Origin: Fimbriosthenelais zetlandica
Taxonomy: Eukaryota
Assembly (NCBI GenBank): GCA_977030845.1
Contig: OZ365109.1
Span: 51,832,001 to 51,896,000, forward strand
DNA length: 64,000 nt
Direction: 5' to 3'
Shown: one piece after another, positions 1 through 13,300 of the stretch
Position numbering within the stretch: position 1 is the stretch's first letter
How the letters are laid out: every line of letters starts with the position of its first letter
Notes under the pieces: model-generated
What the model saw: only the letters and a program-made list of their open reading frames with translations
Databases searched by the model: none
Told to the model about the DNA's origin: nothing
Position numbers and translations under genes: made by a program

Positions 1-741
1 AGAATGGGCGCTGAACCGTTGAATAAATGGTGACCTTTGTCCTCAGTTATCAACTCATGGCTATAAGGTCTTCTTGGCACGGGATGAGCCATTGACTTAA
101 CGAAGCTTGCTTGACTTATCATTCATTCTGGCCACACATAATGCTGTAATATTACCCAAGATATGTAATACTCGAAAGTAGATTATTATCCATCTCTTGT
201 CAATGCGTTCAGTCTTCAAGAAACATATTTTGGGGTGTTGATTTAATGTTTAAAAGTAACGTCTAAATAATTTTAATTGAGAGTTATCAGTAACACCTAT
301 CTAGCCGACTTATAAATTTATTCCAAGTGCACAGCTTGAATACAAACGCACTGTAATACCATTGTAATATTCCCATATTTTTAAATGGTTTGAATGAAGT
401 CCTTCCTGGGAACAAAGAAGTAAGCGTTGGCAGCAGCCCTGCGTTATCGCCCCGTTTCCATATACTGCTCGTGGGATCCCCCATATTATATCATGTTATT
501 AGCTTGTATATACTGAAAATGGGGGATGTACATAGCGGGAATAGTGTCATCTCCAGACCACGCGGGGTGTACAGACGTAACCAAGCAAAATGTAGCGTTG
601 TTAACGTCATGTTGCTAACGTCTTTTTTGTTGGCGACGTTATGACGTCATCACAGCAGCTCGCTTGTTTACAAGATTGCGGCCCGCTTTATCGCTCAAAA
701 AGGTTTGTTTTCACTGATTAATTTAAAATATGACAACATGA

Positions 742-1971
742 TATAAAGACAGAATATCCCTCGGGTGATGTAGCTCTCGAGCTATACCAGGGCACGCGTT
801 TTGGTTGCCTAAAAGCACATCCCTCGAGCCCTGCGGGCTCTCAGGATGTACTTTTAGGCAACCAAAACTTGTGCCCTGGTAGGGGAGACCGGGGCTGGAT
901 GTCACAGGGGTTGGTTGTCACAATGGCTGAAATCACTATTTAAATGTGTAGAGACACTAAATTGAGCAAACCACTCTATTCAATTAGCTCTCAGCACTAT
1001 ATATTCGGTTTTTGGTTGCCATGGATACCGCCACTCAGTTGCTGTGAAAGATTTTCTATTTTTGTCCTATTTTTGCAAAAAAAAAATAATCTCAAAAATG
1101 TGCTATGATTTGTAATTTTCTTAAGGTTATGCAATTTACATTATGCCAATAATTAAGTGTCACATGTGGGCTTATTTTATGAAAAAAATGAATTTGATTT
1201 TTTTGCCATCTTGACCTACAGGACACATTTTCACTAAAATTTGGGTCTGGGGCTGGTTGTCACAATGGCAATGGGGCTGGTTGTCACAGGCAATGGGGCT
1301 GGTTGTCACAGGATATTAGATATATCTATTCAACTAAAACTGCCAACATTTTGACTCTGATGCCAATTGATAATCTTTGGATATTTTTTCTTTGTTTATT
1401 CATTATTTTATATTGAAAAGTTATTTTTACATGATATTCTACAAAAAAATTAAACATGTCATTGGATGAGACCATAGTGGAGAAAGTTTTGATTTTTACC
1501 TATATATGACTTAGTTGCAAAATGTTTTTAATTGTGAATATAAATGATAAAAAAAATATTTATCTTAATTATTTTAAGTTATATCGTAGTTCTGATGGTG
1601 AACAATCTCCTGAATAACGTTTTACCCAGGTCAATTAATTAAAAAACAATGTTTGGGGCAGGATTAATAAAATGTGACATTTAGCCCCGTCACATTCTGG
1701 TGCATGTGACAACCAGCCCCGCCATGGGGCAGGTTGTCACACGAAAATTTTTTTTTAAAACGTTCCATAAATCTATGTTATTTTTACAGGACTGCATCGA
1801 TCTTTGGTGAATAGTTGCCCAATACAATTAACTTTTATTTCGCAAATGCTTTATCATAATGAATTATTATTACTAAGTGTTAAGCCACACTTTTTACTTT
1901 TTGTGACAACCAGCCCCGGTCTCCCCTATACCTCTCGAGCTACATCCCCCTTGGAACATTCTGTCTTAATA
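742..1971. mobile_element. Palindromic MITE-like element (~183 bp when empty), interrupted by the 882-1926 insertion
   Basis: Removing the insert and one TA restores a hairpin with ~91-bp arms centred on GAGCCC-TGC-GGGCTC (826-840). Arms include TACCAGGGCAC/GTGCCCTGGTA, GTTTTGGTTGCCTAAAAG/CTTTTAGGCAACCAAAAC, GATGTAGCTC/GAGCTACATC and AAGACAGAAT/ATTCTGTCTT. Confidence 0.75.
882..1926. mobile_element. Non-autonomous DNA transposon, Tc1/mariner superfamily (pogo-like), 1045 bp
   Basis: 25-bp terminal inverted repeats match 24/25 (GGGGAGACCGGGGCTGGATGTCACA at 882-906; TGTGACAACCAGCCCCGGTCTCCCC at 1902-1926). TA on both flanks (880-881, 1927-1928) is the Tc1/mariner target-site duplication. AT-rich interior, no transposase ORF. 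The pogo assignment is from memory of similar TIRs. Confidence 0.85.
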
Positions 1972-4095
1972 TACTGCATGTGCAATACATGACTCTCCTT
2001 CCACAGACTCAGTCACAGACGAGAGTGTTTTTTGTTACATTTTTTTTTGCATTAATTCACCAGGCTAGTAATGTTTGTTCGTTCAATTGACCATGAATTA
2101 TTACCATGGCACATGTCAAGCAGATTACCCTCACCTATAAAAACTTACTTCCTTGAGGGCAACCGCCCTAAAAAAACTACGAACTTCCATATGGAAGGAG
2201 CGCAGTAAAAACCCTGCCATCTGTCCACTTAGAGACCTTTTTAAATCACAATTCCACCGCATGGTTTCTTGTTTTTCATTGAATCAACTGGGCCAAATGC
2301 CCACCTGTGCTCTATCTTATATTTCCTCAGTGTATTTTTGTCCGAGTTTCTAGGAGTGCCACCTGTTAGGGCCCTGTTTCACCGATTCTCTGCGCCTCTT
2401 CTCTGGTTACCTCGGCATGATTTGCCGAGGAAGCCCCCCTCGGGTGCTTAGGCTGTGTTTACACTGTATTTGGTTTCCTTCCGCTACAACTGGACATCAA
2501 ATTGTAAATTAGGCCAGTATTGCTTTCAGCCATCACGCGGAGAATACCAATTGGTACAAATACCCATGGGGTGTGGCATGGCTGTCTCATGGTAGGACCA
2601 TGTAGGTGTATTTAGATAGGACGACAAGTTTGAGTGTCAAATTAGCAACCATGTAATTAATCATGATGACCTACAAATCCCGTAATGGACATAGTCTCAA
2701 AATAGTGATAACAACTTAATAAAGTAGTGACCATTAAGTTGATCATAAATAGGTGACAATCATTATGATGCCGGCCGCGGAACATATATTTTTATTATAT
2801 AAATGACCCAATATTCCCATGTTTTGAAGGGTATATATATAGATAAAAATAGAAGAGGTTCTAAAGACCCTTCAATTATTTTAAATACCAAATATATATT
2901 TTTTTTTTGTAAGTCTTATCTTAATTTGGTCTATCTATAAATAGTGAGAGCAGCTGTCAGGTGTGTTTGCCAGGTACCCTGCTCTATCTATTGACCCTAT
3001 TCCCCACCACACACATACACCTATTTAATATGCATGTTACGTAACAACTGTTCTATCCTATGTGTGTTCTTGGTAATTTACATGAACCTGACTACCATGT
3101 GCATAATATTATATAATTTCAAACCAGATCCATTGTTTGGTGGCAACTTTTTTAGGCCTCCATTTGACTACTATTCTTTGTCACCCAATCATTTGTTTAT
3201 CATCTTTTGATAATCTGTGTATATGTATGCAGCCAGCCCACTCAGCCCGTATGTATCTTTAAAATATCAACTTACGTTCATCCGTCTTGGTGTCAGTCCG
3301 TTCAACATGAGTTATAGAGAAATTTGAGGGAGTTAATATTCCTTTTATGAAATGACAATCTTTTAATGAAAAATTACATACCCGCATGACAGATTTTAGC
3401 CGTTAGTTCAGATGTCCACTTTTCCTTTTATACTTGCATGCTCCAGCCCCTGACCCTCCGGCCATGGGAAAGTCTACCAGTAGCCTCGTCCACCACACGC
3501 CCCCCTTGTCCACTATTACCCCGTTATTATTAAAACGGGTGTCATGTTAAAATGGTCAAAATGGCCACCGGCTACCATGGCAATAAAACCTGCTCAACAT
3601 GCCTCACCTCACATGGCTTGTATCCAGAGAAAATGACCAGTGGTCAAGATCTGGTTTCCAGGCTGGCCAGGGGTAATGTGCATGGAGCGTATGGTCAGTA
3701 AGATGAGGATGGAAAGCATGCCTACATAACAAATACTGACCAGTTTTGATTTCATCTTTATGACTGGTCTTTCGCAGGCTTTTATCTGGGCTTTCGTTGT
3801 AGTGCAAAGGCCATGTCACATGGGCATCTGATACTCTTTACGTGAGCTTTCCTTTCATAATGCTTTGAAATATTAATAGGGACATAATTTATGTCGTTAA
3901 AATATTGCCTGGATGTCTTTCTTTAATTCTGTTTTTTGGTTGATTTTATTTTGTAAATTTAAAACAGATCTAGACTGGAATTACTTGGGGATTACATATT
4001 TTATTTACCCGTTGATGAGATGACCCACAGAATAAATGATTTATTACGCTTTCACATAGCATTCTAGTGGTAACTAACCGTAATATGGTGGGAAA

Positions 4096-4392
4096 ATTTC
4101 TACTTCTCAGTGAAAATATCAAATATAGATATTTAGCCCAGCCCAGCATGTAGAATCTCCATGGACACCTGAATTACACACCATTTTCCCGATTAAAGTT
4201 TTTTATGAACAAAACTCAGAACTCAGAACAAATGATTCAGATCACCAATTCATATAGCATTCAAGCTCTCGCTAACCATAAGTCTGGCAGATTTCTACTT
4301 AATGAAAATATCAAAGATACCCATTTAACCCAGCATGTGGAATCCCTATGGTAACCTGAATTACACACCATTTTGACACCTTATTAAAGTTT
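4096..4392 (+). repeat. Diverged direct duplication, two ~100-bp copies (4096-4200, 4291-4392)
   Basis: Shared blocks in the same order: ATTTCTACTT, TGAAAATATCAAA, CCCAGCATGT, ACCTGAATTACACACCATTTT, ATTAAAGTTT. Confidence 0.8.
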
Positions 4393-7300
4393 AATTGAAC
4401 CCTTCAGTCCACAAATATATGAATCGGATGCAATCCATCAACTTTCCTCCCATTTCCCATGAACATCTCAATGGGGCAATTTGCCATTCCCAGCTTGATG
4501 AATACTTCGTCTGACATCGAGAGACAAAGATTCCTTTCCGGGTTAGGTGTCCGCTCGAGATATTGAAGATATAGACAGGGAGGCATCCGATAGTATCAGA
4601 ATTATTGGGGTTGGGCAAATATGCATACCAAGCATTTCAGTTCCACCTCGGATGAGACTGGAGCCTGATAGGGGGGTAAGTCTATCCTCCACCAAACTAT
4701 GCTATCCCCAGCCCCAGACTACCACCACAACCCGTTGTCATGGATTCCAGTACCAGCCTGTGAAATTTGGTCAGAACATCTTTCTCTGATTTATGTTCTT
4801 TTGATTATAGAAATCCATGTCAACCCAGATGTGTGTTTTAGTGAAAGGCCTCCTTGTTATGCATATTTCTGTGCGAGTCATTTTCGTAGCAACATTAAGG
4901 TGGAATGGGGTATGGGTGTCATTTTTGTGCGTGGCAGGAAAGATAATAGATATTGGGAATTTTCCCACGTACCCAGATCATTTGAATTCATTCCAGGTTG
5001 TCCTAGATTGATTCTTTTGTCACAATGCACAGGTGTGGACTCATTATGGGAAACTATTTAAAAACTAAACTCGGAAGGTAACTACTGCAAGTACTGTATA
5101 AGCTTTAAAAATGGTCAATAATGTTGAGTCAGTGGGTTTTTTTTTTTAATTAAGGGCCTTGTATATATGTAGACTGATATATTTTTTCTGGTATTTAAAA
5201 AACCATAGAACTTTATAGCCTCAATATAGTTCTATGAAAAAACGACAAACAGCAGTTTATAAAAGATTCATAATCATATTGTGTTGAAATAACGACTACA
5301 CGTATTTATATGTTCATAATTATATACACATATGTGTTGAAATAAGGTGTCATCTACAAAGATAAAAGTTGCCAATGCCATTGAATACCAATACAAATTT
5401 ATAGTTTTGGCAACCCAAATATATGGGCAGACGGGTTCATAACTTCCGCCTAAAGGTGTACCCGAAAATGGTTCCAAAATCAGCAAACCCTGAATGAAGA
5501 TAGAGTGGGTGGGTATACCCCGATTTCTCCGAGATAAATGACCCCCTGCCCTATCAATGAATCTCCGTGTGAAAGATTGCCTTCCGCCGTGTGAGAACTG
5601 ATAATTATTCATTTATTGCCTTGCCTGATGCTGCCTGTTACCCGGGCAACGTATAATTGTGATAACATAAGAAGAAAATTGTACCTTTACTGCTGGGCGC
5701 GTGCGGGGAACTGTCATCAGTGTTGATATATTTGTCACCTTGGAAATAATACACCCCCAGCCCTTCCCTGACTGCCATCAGAAGGCTTCAGTAACCGTTC
5801 TCATATAGGCTGTGATTTATTTTGCAATGGGATATCTATACCCATAATTTGGCCCATAAAAAGTGCACTTTTCCAGCATTTTTTATACATTTTTCATGGC
5901 ATGAAATCTCATGAAATGTCTTAAAATAGTAAGATATAAAACAACGTCTTAAGACTCAACCCGAGTGGCATGAAGCACCTGGTCCACACGTGGCTCAAGA
6001 TAAATCACATTTCACATTAAATAAAAGAGAAGACTATCCTGGCTGCCACTGTCGGGCAGTATGTGAGCTATGTGTGCATGTGATATCTTACCCATGCCCA
6101 TCCATACACTCTAGCATTAAGCCACATAAATTGCCTGCCTTCTGACACCTATTGTTGGCCCCTCTATTACTGCGTTCTGTTTGAAAAATTGATTTCACAC
6201 CGGATATTCGAGCACGGCTATTCATTTTTTGAAGTTAATAGATTTTTATCACCATCATTAATGTGGAGATGATAGTTATGGTTTATAGTCTTCAAGCTGC
6301 TGGCTGACTCCGGTATAAATTTGATATTGTAATGGCCTGCCATATGTACATGTATTTCGGTTGGTTTAAAAAATGAAGGATCAGTGACCTTTCCCGCCTC
6401 GATAATGATATGTTTTGAATTTTCTCTGGCAAATGCTTGTACATAAATATTTTTGCTTGTACTTCACACCATAATGATCTCAACATTTGCATTCAATCAA
6501 CACAAATATTGAACATTAAACGGTCCTGTAGATGTGAGCCCAGATAAGTCCCCTCGCTTGGTTTGGACAATTTATCAGCCCCCTTCCATGCTGACAAATC
6601 CATGCACATTTTTCATAGCAGATCCCACATTGAGTACACAATCAAATCCCTCTACTGACCAGAGGCGATTTTTCTCCATTTGCCCCCGAGGTTTGGACCA
6701 CCATTGGTAGTGCGAGCTGCCGCCAGGTGAACATGACCTTGGGCGTGACCTTGTGAGGGTGAAGGATGGCAGGGTCACGCCCTCTGACCTTTACAGGGGG
6801 ACCTTGTCCGAGCAGTTTTGTGCATCAGCCCTATGGCAGCAGGGAGGGTGGTATATTGGGGGTTGGTATGAAGGGTGTGTATGGGGGTGGGTTGGTCCCC
6901 GCTATAGTAGGCAACTGAGATATCGGCAGATGGTCAGCTAAAGCAGTGGTCAGTGTTGTGTGAGTTGTAGGCTATAACACGGACATTAAAGTACCTCCAG
7001 CAGTCTGATTAATCCCCATACAAACACCCGCACCCAAATTAAGGCCATTTGATATCAACTGCTAATGTTTTTTATTCATTCAGATGGAAAAATAATGAAG
7101 AAAAATGCCAAGTCTAAATTCCTCTTGTTTCAGGGATGAATTTCAAAGAGGAACTCGATGTTTTGTGTGGCTTTGAGCGTTATCTAAGTATAGGTTTACT
7201 GTTGATTTTCGCGATCGGCTTACCTTTCAAATGAGACAAGAAGTTCAAATGTCTCCGCAGTGTAAAAAGTACCTTTGTATACACAGACAAATGATGGTTT

Positions 7301-10300
7301 GCTCTGGCCCTAACCTGGATGGGAGATTAAGTGGAGGTTGTATATTTGAGGAAAGAATCATGAAAACCAAACTCTCATGTGTACACTATACAGAGTGAGA
7401 AATCATACATATATGTATATGGTTGGTGTTTAATTCAAGAACGTGATAGGCATGACTTCTCTTCAAAAGATTAAAAGTCAATAGAAATGCCCTTTGGGTG
7501 TATGGAACCTATATAGAGGGGAAGAAGCGGTGATTGTGTGGTCTTTTATGTGATGGAAATGTTCAGATCATATCGATATTCTCAAAGCCCCTCCTCCCCA
7601 CTTACCCCTGAAATGCTGCTCTCGGATGAATTTCCTTGGCGTGTCATGCAATGTCGAGGGCCAGTGGACTGGTAAGATAGATTGAGTTTGACCACATGCA
7701 TGTGTGCATGGACTGATCCTTATCTATATGGTATTTATCACTTCCATGGATCTTAACTTGTTCTAGATTTCAGATTAACATCTCAGATGAAAGCCTGTTG
7801 ATGAAGTTTACCGTTTGATGAACTTTGAATATAAATAAAAGCTAATAATCACAGACCGATAAAGGCGGGGCAAATTCATAAGAGTATTTGTCTATAGCTT
7901 CTTATTAGTTATAATATTATATTTATTTTTGGCAGCTTTATAGCTATGTGGAATCTTGATTTTATTTGATTCATGGCCATTTATGTTTTTTTTTGTTTTA
8001 GAGCATAATATTGGATGCTCATACTTTTAATAGATTAATGCTATTTTGCATACACCTTTCCTTCAGTTTGATACACATGTATTGCACGTGCATGCAATTT
8101 TTAAAAATAATCCCGTAACACACATCAAATATTAGTTAGATGAGCATACAAATATCCACTAGAGATTTTGATGTGAGTCTGTAACGATAATCAAATAATG
8201 ACAATTCAAATAGAAGTCTTCGCTGAGTGGGCAAAATATTACATAAGCCCTACTCACAATAGGCCCTGCCAATCATTACCCATTAAGTAGTCCCATTAGG
8301 CCTCAAAGACACACTGATGCGAAAATTGAAAAATTGCATGACTCAATCTAAACACTTGCCACTGAGGTCCCATTTCAGAGCAATGGGTTCAAAAGTTTAC
8401 AATGGTTTGACAATTGCTGGGTCGTCCTCGTGGCTGATGCAAATTACAGTCGGAAGGGTAACTGACCATTGTCATGAGGACAACACCTGGATTCTACAAA
8501 TGTCCAGGAAATGTCCACACGGGGGGCGACCCCCACCGCAAGGGCCTTTTAACCCTAAAGGTCATATGATCAATTCCATACAAGCCCTCATCCCTTAGAG
8601 GATTGCGTTATTACCAAATTAATGGATTTTAAAAGCAGCATCTGTTTAAACAAAAAACATTTGCAGATGACTGATGGATCGTGGTTGTGAATATTTTAAT
8701 TTTCACCCAGGAGCATTCTTATTTTTAAAGTCGGTTAAGGACAAAAATGATATCTCACTTTGCTTCCGGCTAGTTATAATTGCCCCCACCCCCTACTTTG
8801 AGGAAAGTATTAAAGCTGCTGAAATGAACAATCAAATTCGAAATTGACATTGCTACCCATGGGAGGGCAACGTAGTTTCACTAAGCCATGTCTGACATAA
8901 ACTAATTAGAATTAAAGAATCCGGTGGAATTTCTTTGTTGCTTGGAGTGCATGGAGCTCCATATTTGCATTTCTATTGTTCCCAAGTCTTCTAGACGGTT
9001 GTACATTTGGATTCTGTGCCTTTTCTGTATATATAGAGTCACCCATATTTCTCTGTCAATTAGTGCAGGCTAATGATCGCTAGAGGCAGTACCTATGGTT
9101 ATTTGCCATCTGTGACATGGGAACATTGCATGTATTTTGAAAAACAAACTCTTTCATTTGTATGAACTAAAATAGCAGGATGAAAACCCTGCTGCTTTTG
9201 AAACAAAATTTGCCCAGGAAAGCTAGTTAAAGCGATTGGTCGTTATTGTAGCCTAGTGCTTACCCTTAAATGGTCACTCTCATTACAGCTAGCTACAATC
9301 CCCCATTCAGGTCTCAGGTGTCTAATAAAAACTGAAAAAACACACACTTTAAGTCAGTAAAACCTTTGATTAATGTCTACAAATGCCACGGTGATTATTA
9401 TGGATTGCAGTCAAGTTGGGATTATACCCCTTGGAATCATTCAGTCATCATTCATCATTGACCCTTTAAGGGGCAAAGTGGTTGTTTAGACCGATAACAC
9501 TGAAACAAGCAGTGACCAATCTGTCTAATTTTGTGGTCAGTGAACTACAGTGTCCACTATACGGCCGTGCCACCTGGTTCTCCGTTGTCCAGTGATAGAG
9601 CCCTGATAGGTTTTCAATCAAAAATCAAAAAGGAAGTAATTAAGCATAGGAGAAAAGGCCAGATGCAGATGAATTTTGGTTTTGGTTTTGCATATCTTCC
9701 AACATGCGATCATTTAACCAGGAAATCTTGTGGCAGTTTGTCATATTTTCAAGAGAATATCTTGTATGATGGATACCCTGCCCCCCCCCCCCCCACCCCT
9801 GACCCTCCTCCATCTCGTTCATTATTCAAAAAATGTCTTCATCATGCCCTGACGTAACCTTGAATTATGGCTTCCGGGGTCAAAAGTTATGGCATAAGAG
9901 CTGAGATGAAACAGTAGTGAATGAGTGAAGGGTCAAATAATGGTGACTTTTTATAAACCAACCATGTATGGTCATGCTTTAATAATTCACTCATGGCTTC
10001 ACTTGCTTGACTCTGCAAAAACTTGACTTTGAGCTCCTTTGTGTTATAAAAAGGCCACCGGTGCCCACATTTATCATTATCAAAACAACACGTGTCCTAC
10101 ATGACTTCAAAAAAGAAAATCTCCCCGCAACCATCGAAATGGCTCAATGACAAATCACACAGGGCCAAGGAAAAGTTCAATGATTTTGAACTTTTATCAA
10201 ATCTCTAATCGCTTCAGCTTGGATGGTAGTGCCCCACAAAAAGGCCTTCATGTGGGGCTGGTGCGAGTCACCTTAGCTCCTTTCCACATGATTGACTCGA

Positions 10301-13300
10301 GTGGTTTGTTCAGTGGACCGTGGAGGGATCGGTAAACGAGCCTTCGTGGTAGACAATGAAGCCACCGTGTATGGTCTAACATGGCCTCCACCAGATGGGC
10401 TAATAGTGAATAAAGGCATTACTTCCACGTAAGGTGATACCGCTCAGGATTATGTGAAGGGGTTTAAAGGACGGGGGAAGACGGAGGAACAATGACTTAT
10501 GGTTCTCAGGCACCGTGTTTTACATTGACGTCCTACCCAGGAACCGAGGGCTTTATTAAAGCATGTACTCCATCAACCCTCGCCCCGCATAATTATACGT
10601 TTAAGGTGACCGTCTTCTGTATTGATATGTGTGGTCTTCTACATTACAGGTCTCCCTATACTGTAATTAATTTTCGGAAAGTTAATTGAATACAAATCTT
10701 GCTAGATTGATCAATTGATCATCATTAGGAAAATATCTGTACGTTTTTGAGGATTTATTTTTCAGTTAGTGTTGTTCAACCAAGGTTTCATCTTGGCTTT
10801 TATCCTAGGTTTTCCTCTTTTCCCGTTTTGACTGCGATCTTTCTAATTTCAACACTTTGAATTTAGAAAAATCTGTAAATCTGTACTATAATGGCCACAC
10901 ACAAAGCCTTCCCAACTGGATTCAAGCCAAGTCTTGGCATTCAATGGAAGGACTTCAAGGTGGCTTGTTCCATGCGTTCAGGACCTATTATTAAGCTAAA
11001 CTTGGCCCTCGCATGTCTGAGAGCGCTGTAGAGCGCTGAAAACTATTGTGCTGCCCACTGGTGTCAAACTCACGAACTGCACCCCCACTACCAGCGCTGC
11101 CGCATCCTGTTCTATTGTCGCTAGTGTCAAGCTGGTAGCATGCTGATAGTCCCAACATATAAATGTATATAGGAAGCAGCAGGCCTGCCATAATTTTCTG
11201 TGCTTTTTGAGAATTTTTTTTCGACCATCTATTATGCTTTAAAATGGTAGTGGTCTATAACTAATGGCGATAACCCTCGAGAAATAATTTGCATCCGTTC
11301 CACAAAAATAGCCCCAACGATTTTATCATAAACCGAGTGATGCCATCGTTTTCCGGCCAGTTATGTCACACCATGCTCAAATGCTTTCTAGCGTGTTTAG
11401 CGAACATAGTCATTATTTTCATATTGAGCTAGTCATTATTGAAACCGTGACTGTATGAAGAACGAATAATGACAAATGTCAAAGATTCCTATCATCAGAA
11501 ATCAACTTAGTTTGAAACAGTTTGCTCACAAAAAACACAATCAGTTAATTACAGATAGGTCGCATGTCGGCACGATCGCTTCCTGGCATGCATTCATTTT
11601 TTTAAATTAAAAACTGCATGGAATCAAATAACCAGTCACCGAATAGGTATATCTTGAAACATAATTTCAGATAAGATCTCAGAGAAACAGTGGTGGCAAT
11701 TAAATTCTTTTAAATTGCTTTTAAACATCATTCCTCACCATTATTTAAAGGAATCTCATCCGTTATAAACAAAGTTGGACATTAAGCTGGTACATATTTC
11801 TATACTACGTACTGAATTGACGATTTGGCTGAAAGAATAGTTTTGCCAGATACATTTCCCATTGATGCCATTCGCTCTGCCTTTGCATGCTTTTTATGTC
11901 ATGCTTGAAGGAATCCGAAATTGGATATCATTTAATATCGCGAGGCATTATAATTATTGTATTTTGTAGTGAGATATAATTTCAGTGCTGGACATGCGTG
12001 ATGATATTCTATATCTAGCATTGTCTTTATGTTGGGTTTTTTACTGTTTCACGGAGGCATGATTCTGTTTATGGGAAATCATTAATTATTTTGCGAGAAA
12101 TTAAAAAGTCACGCTCCGTTGCGTTGGTATATTATATTCAGCGCGTTCTGCTTTCACGGGCATTTGACAAGTGTGACAAAGGAACATAAAATACATATGT
12201 TGTCCAGTCTTTGCTACAAGTCATTGGTGAGATGGGTAGACCTCCCCTGTCCGTCTGTCTGTCTGCCTTGTCATCCCCCTCTGTCTGTTACACTTTTGGG
12301 CTTTTAGTAAATCACTATGACCGTTGCATAATCTGCGATGTCATCTTCAATTTTGCTCAAATTTAATTTCTGTTAGATACATTTCTATACTATACTATGG
12401 CTGTTCTGGATTATCAGTCCTCACCCTTTGCAGGGTACTACCATAGGCATAGCAAGCTACCATAACATTAAACATATACACTTGGCCTTGTAACTGTCAA
12501 CTAGCCTTGGGATTTGTCAACAAAAACTCATTCCCACCAAAATATAATCCATAAAGAAGGAAATGACACTTTCATTTGAGCTGAAACTAATCAAAACCTA
12601 AAGCCTCTGTTTATTACTGCACATGGGACCACAATCAAGTCAAATCCCACCCACAATGGTTTAATTAAACCTACCATTATGGCTACATGACCCTATGTGT
12701 GATTTGATAGTACCAGGGATATAAACCCGCCCATCTCTTGCTTCTTTGCTCTGACTGTCATCGGATGGCCATTGTGTTCCTCGTGATGACCCTAGACCCT
12801 AAAGAAACATGTAAATCCCTCTCATTCACGGCTGGGATTTGGCGCTGTAGGTGGGCCTCCAAGAAAGGCAGTGGGCGCTGGGATGACCCACCGGACACCG
12901 CGGGGGGTGGATGGAGGGGGTGCGTAAGCATGCTACTCAACTTGCCAAGCTGAGTAGTAACTACTGTTTCTGGGGTTTTATAAGCTGGTGACGGCACTTA
13001 AAATGTGGAGAATTAAAGGCTTGTCAGTGGCATATAACGTCCAGTAAAAGGCCAACAAAGGCCAAGAAGGCAGCTCATTAATTTTTACAGGCTTAAAACT
13101 GTCGCTGTCGCAGATGCACTACAATCAATGTGTTTTGGAACCCATGAAACCCTTCTACCCCCAAACCGTATTTGTGGTTGGTATAAGGACAATAGATATA
13201 GGTTTATTGCATGTAAAATAATGACTATACACGCAGACATAAACACAACTTCCACAGAGATTGCAATTTGTCAAAGAGAACAGATGCATAAATTTTACAA

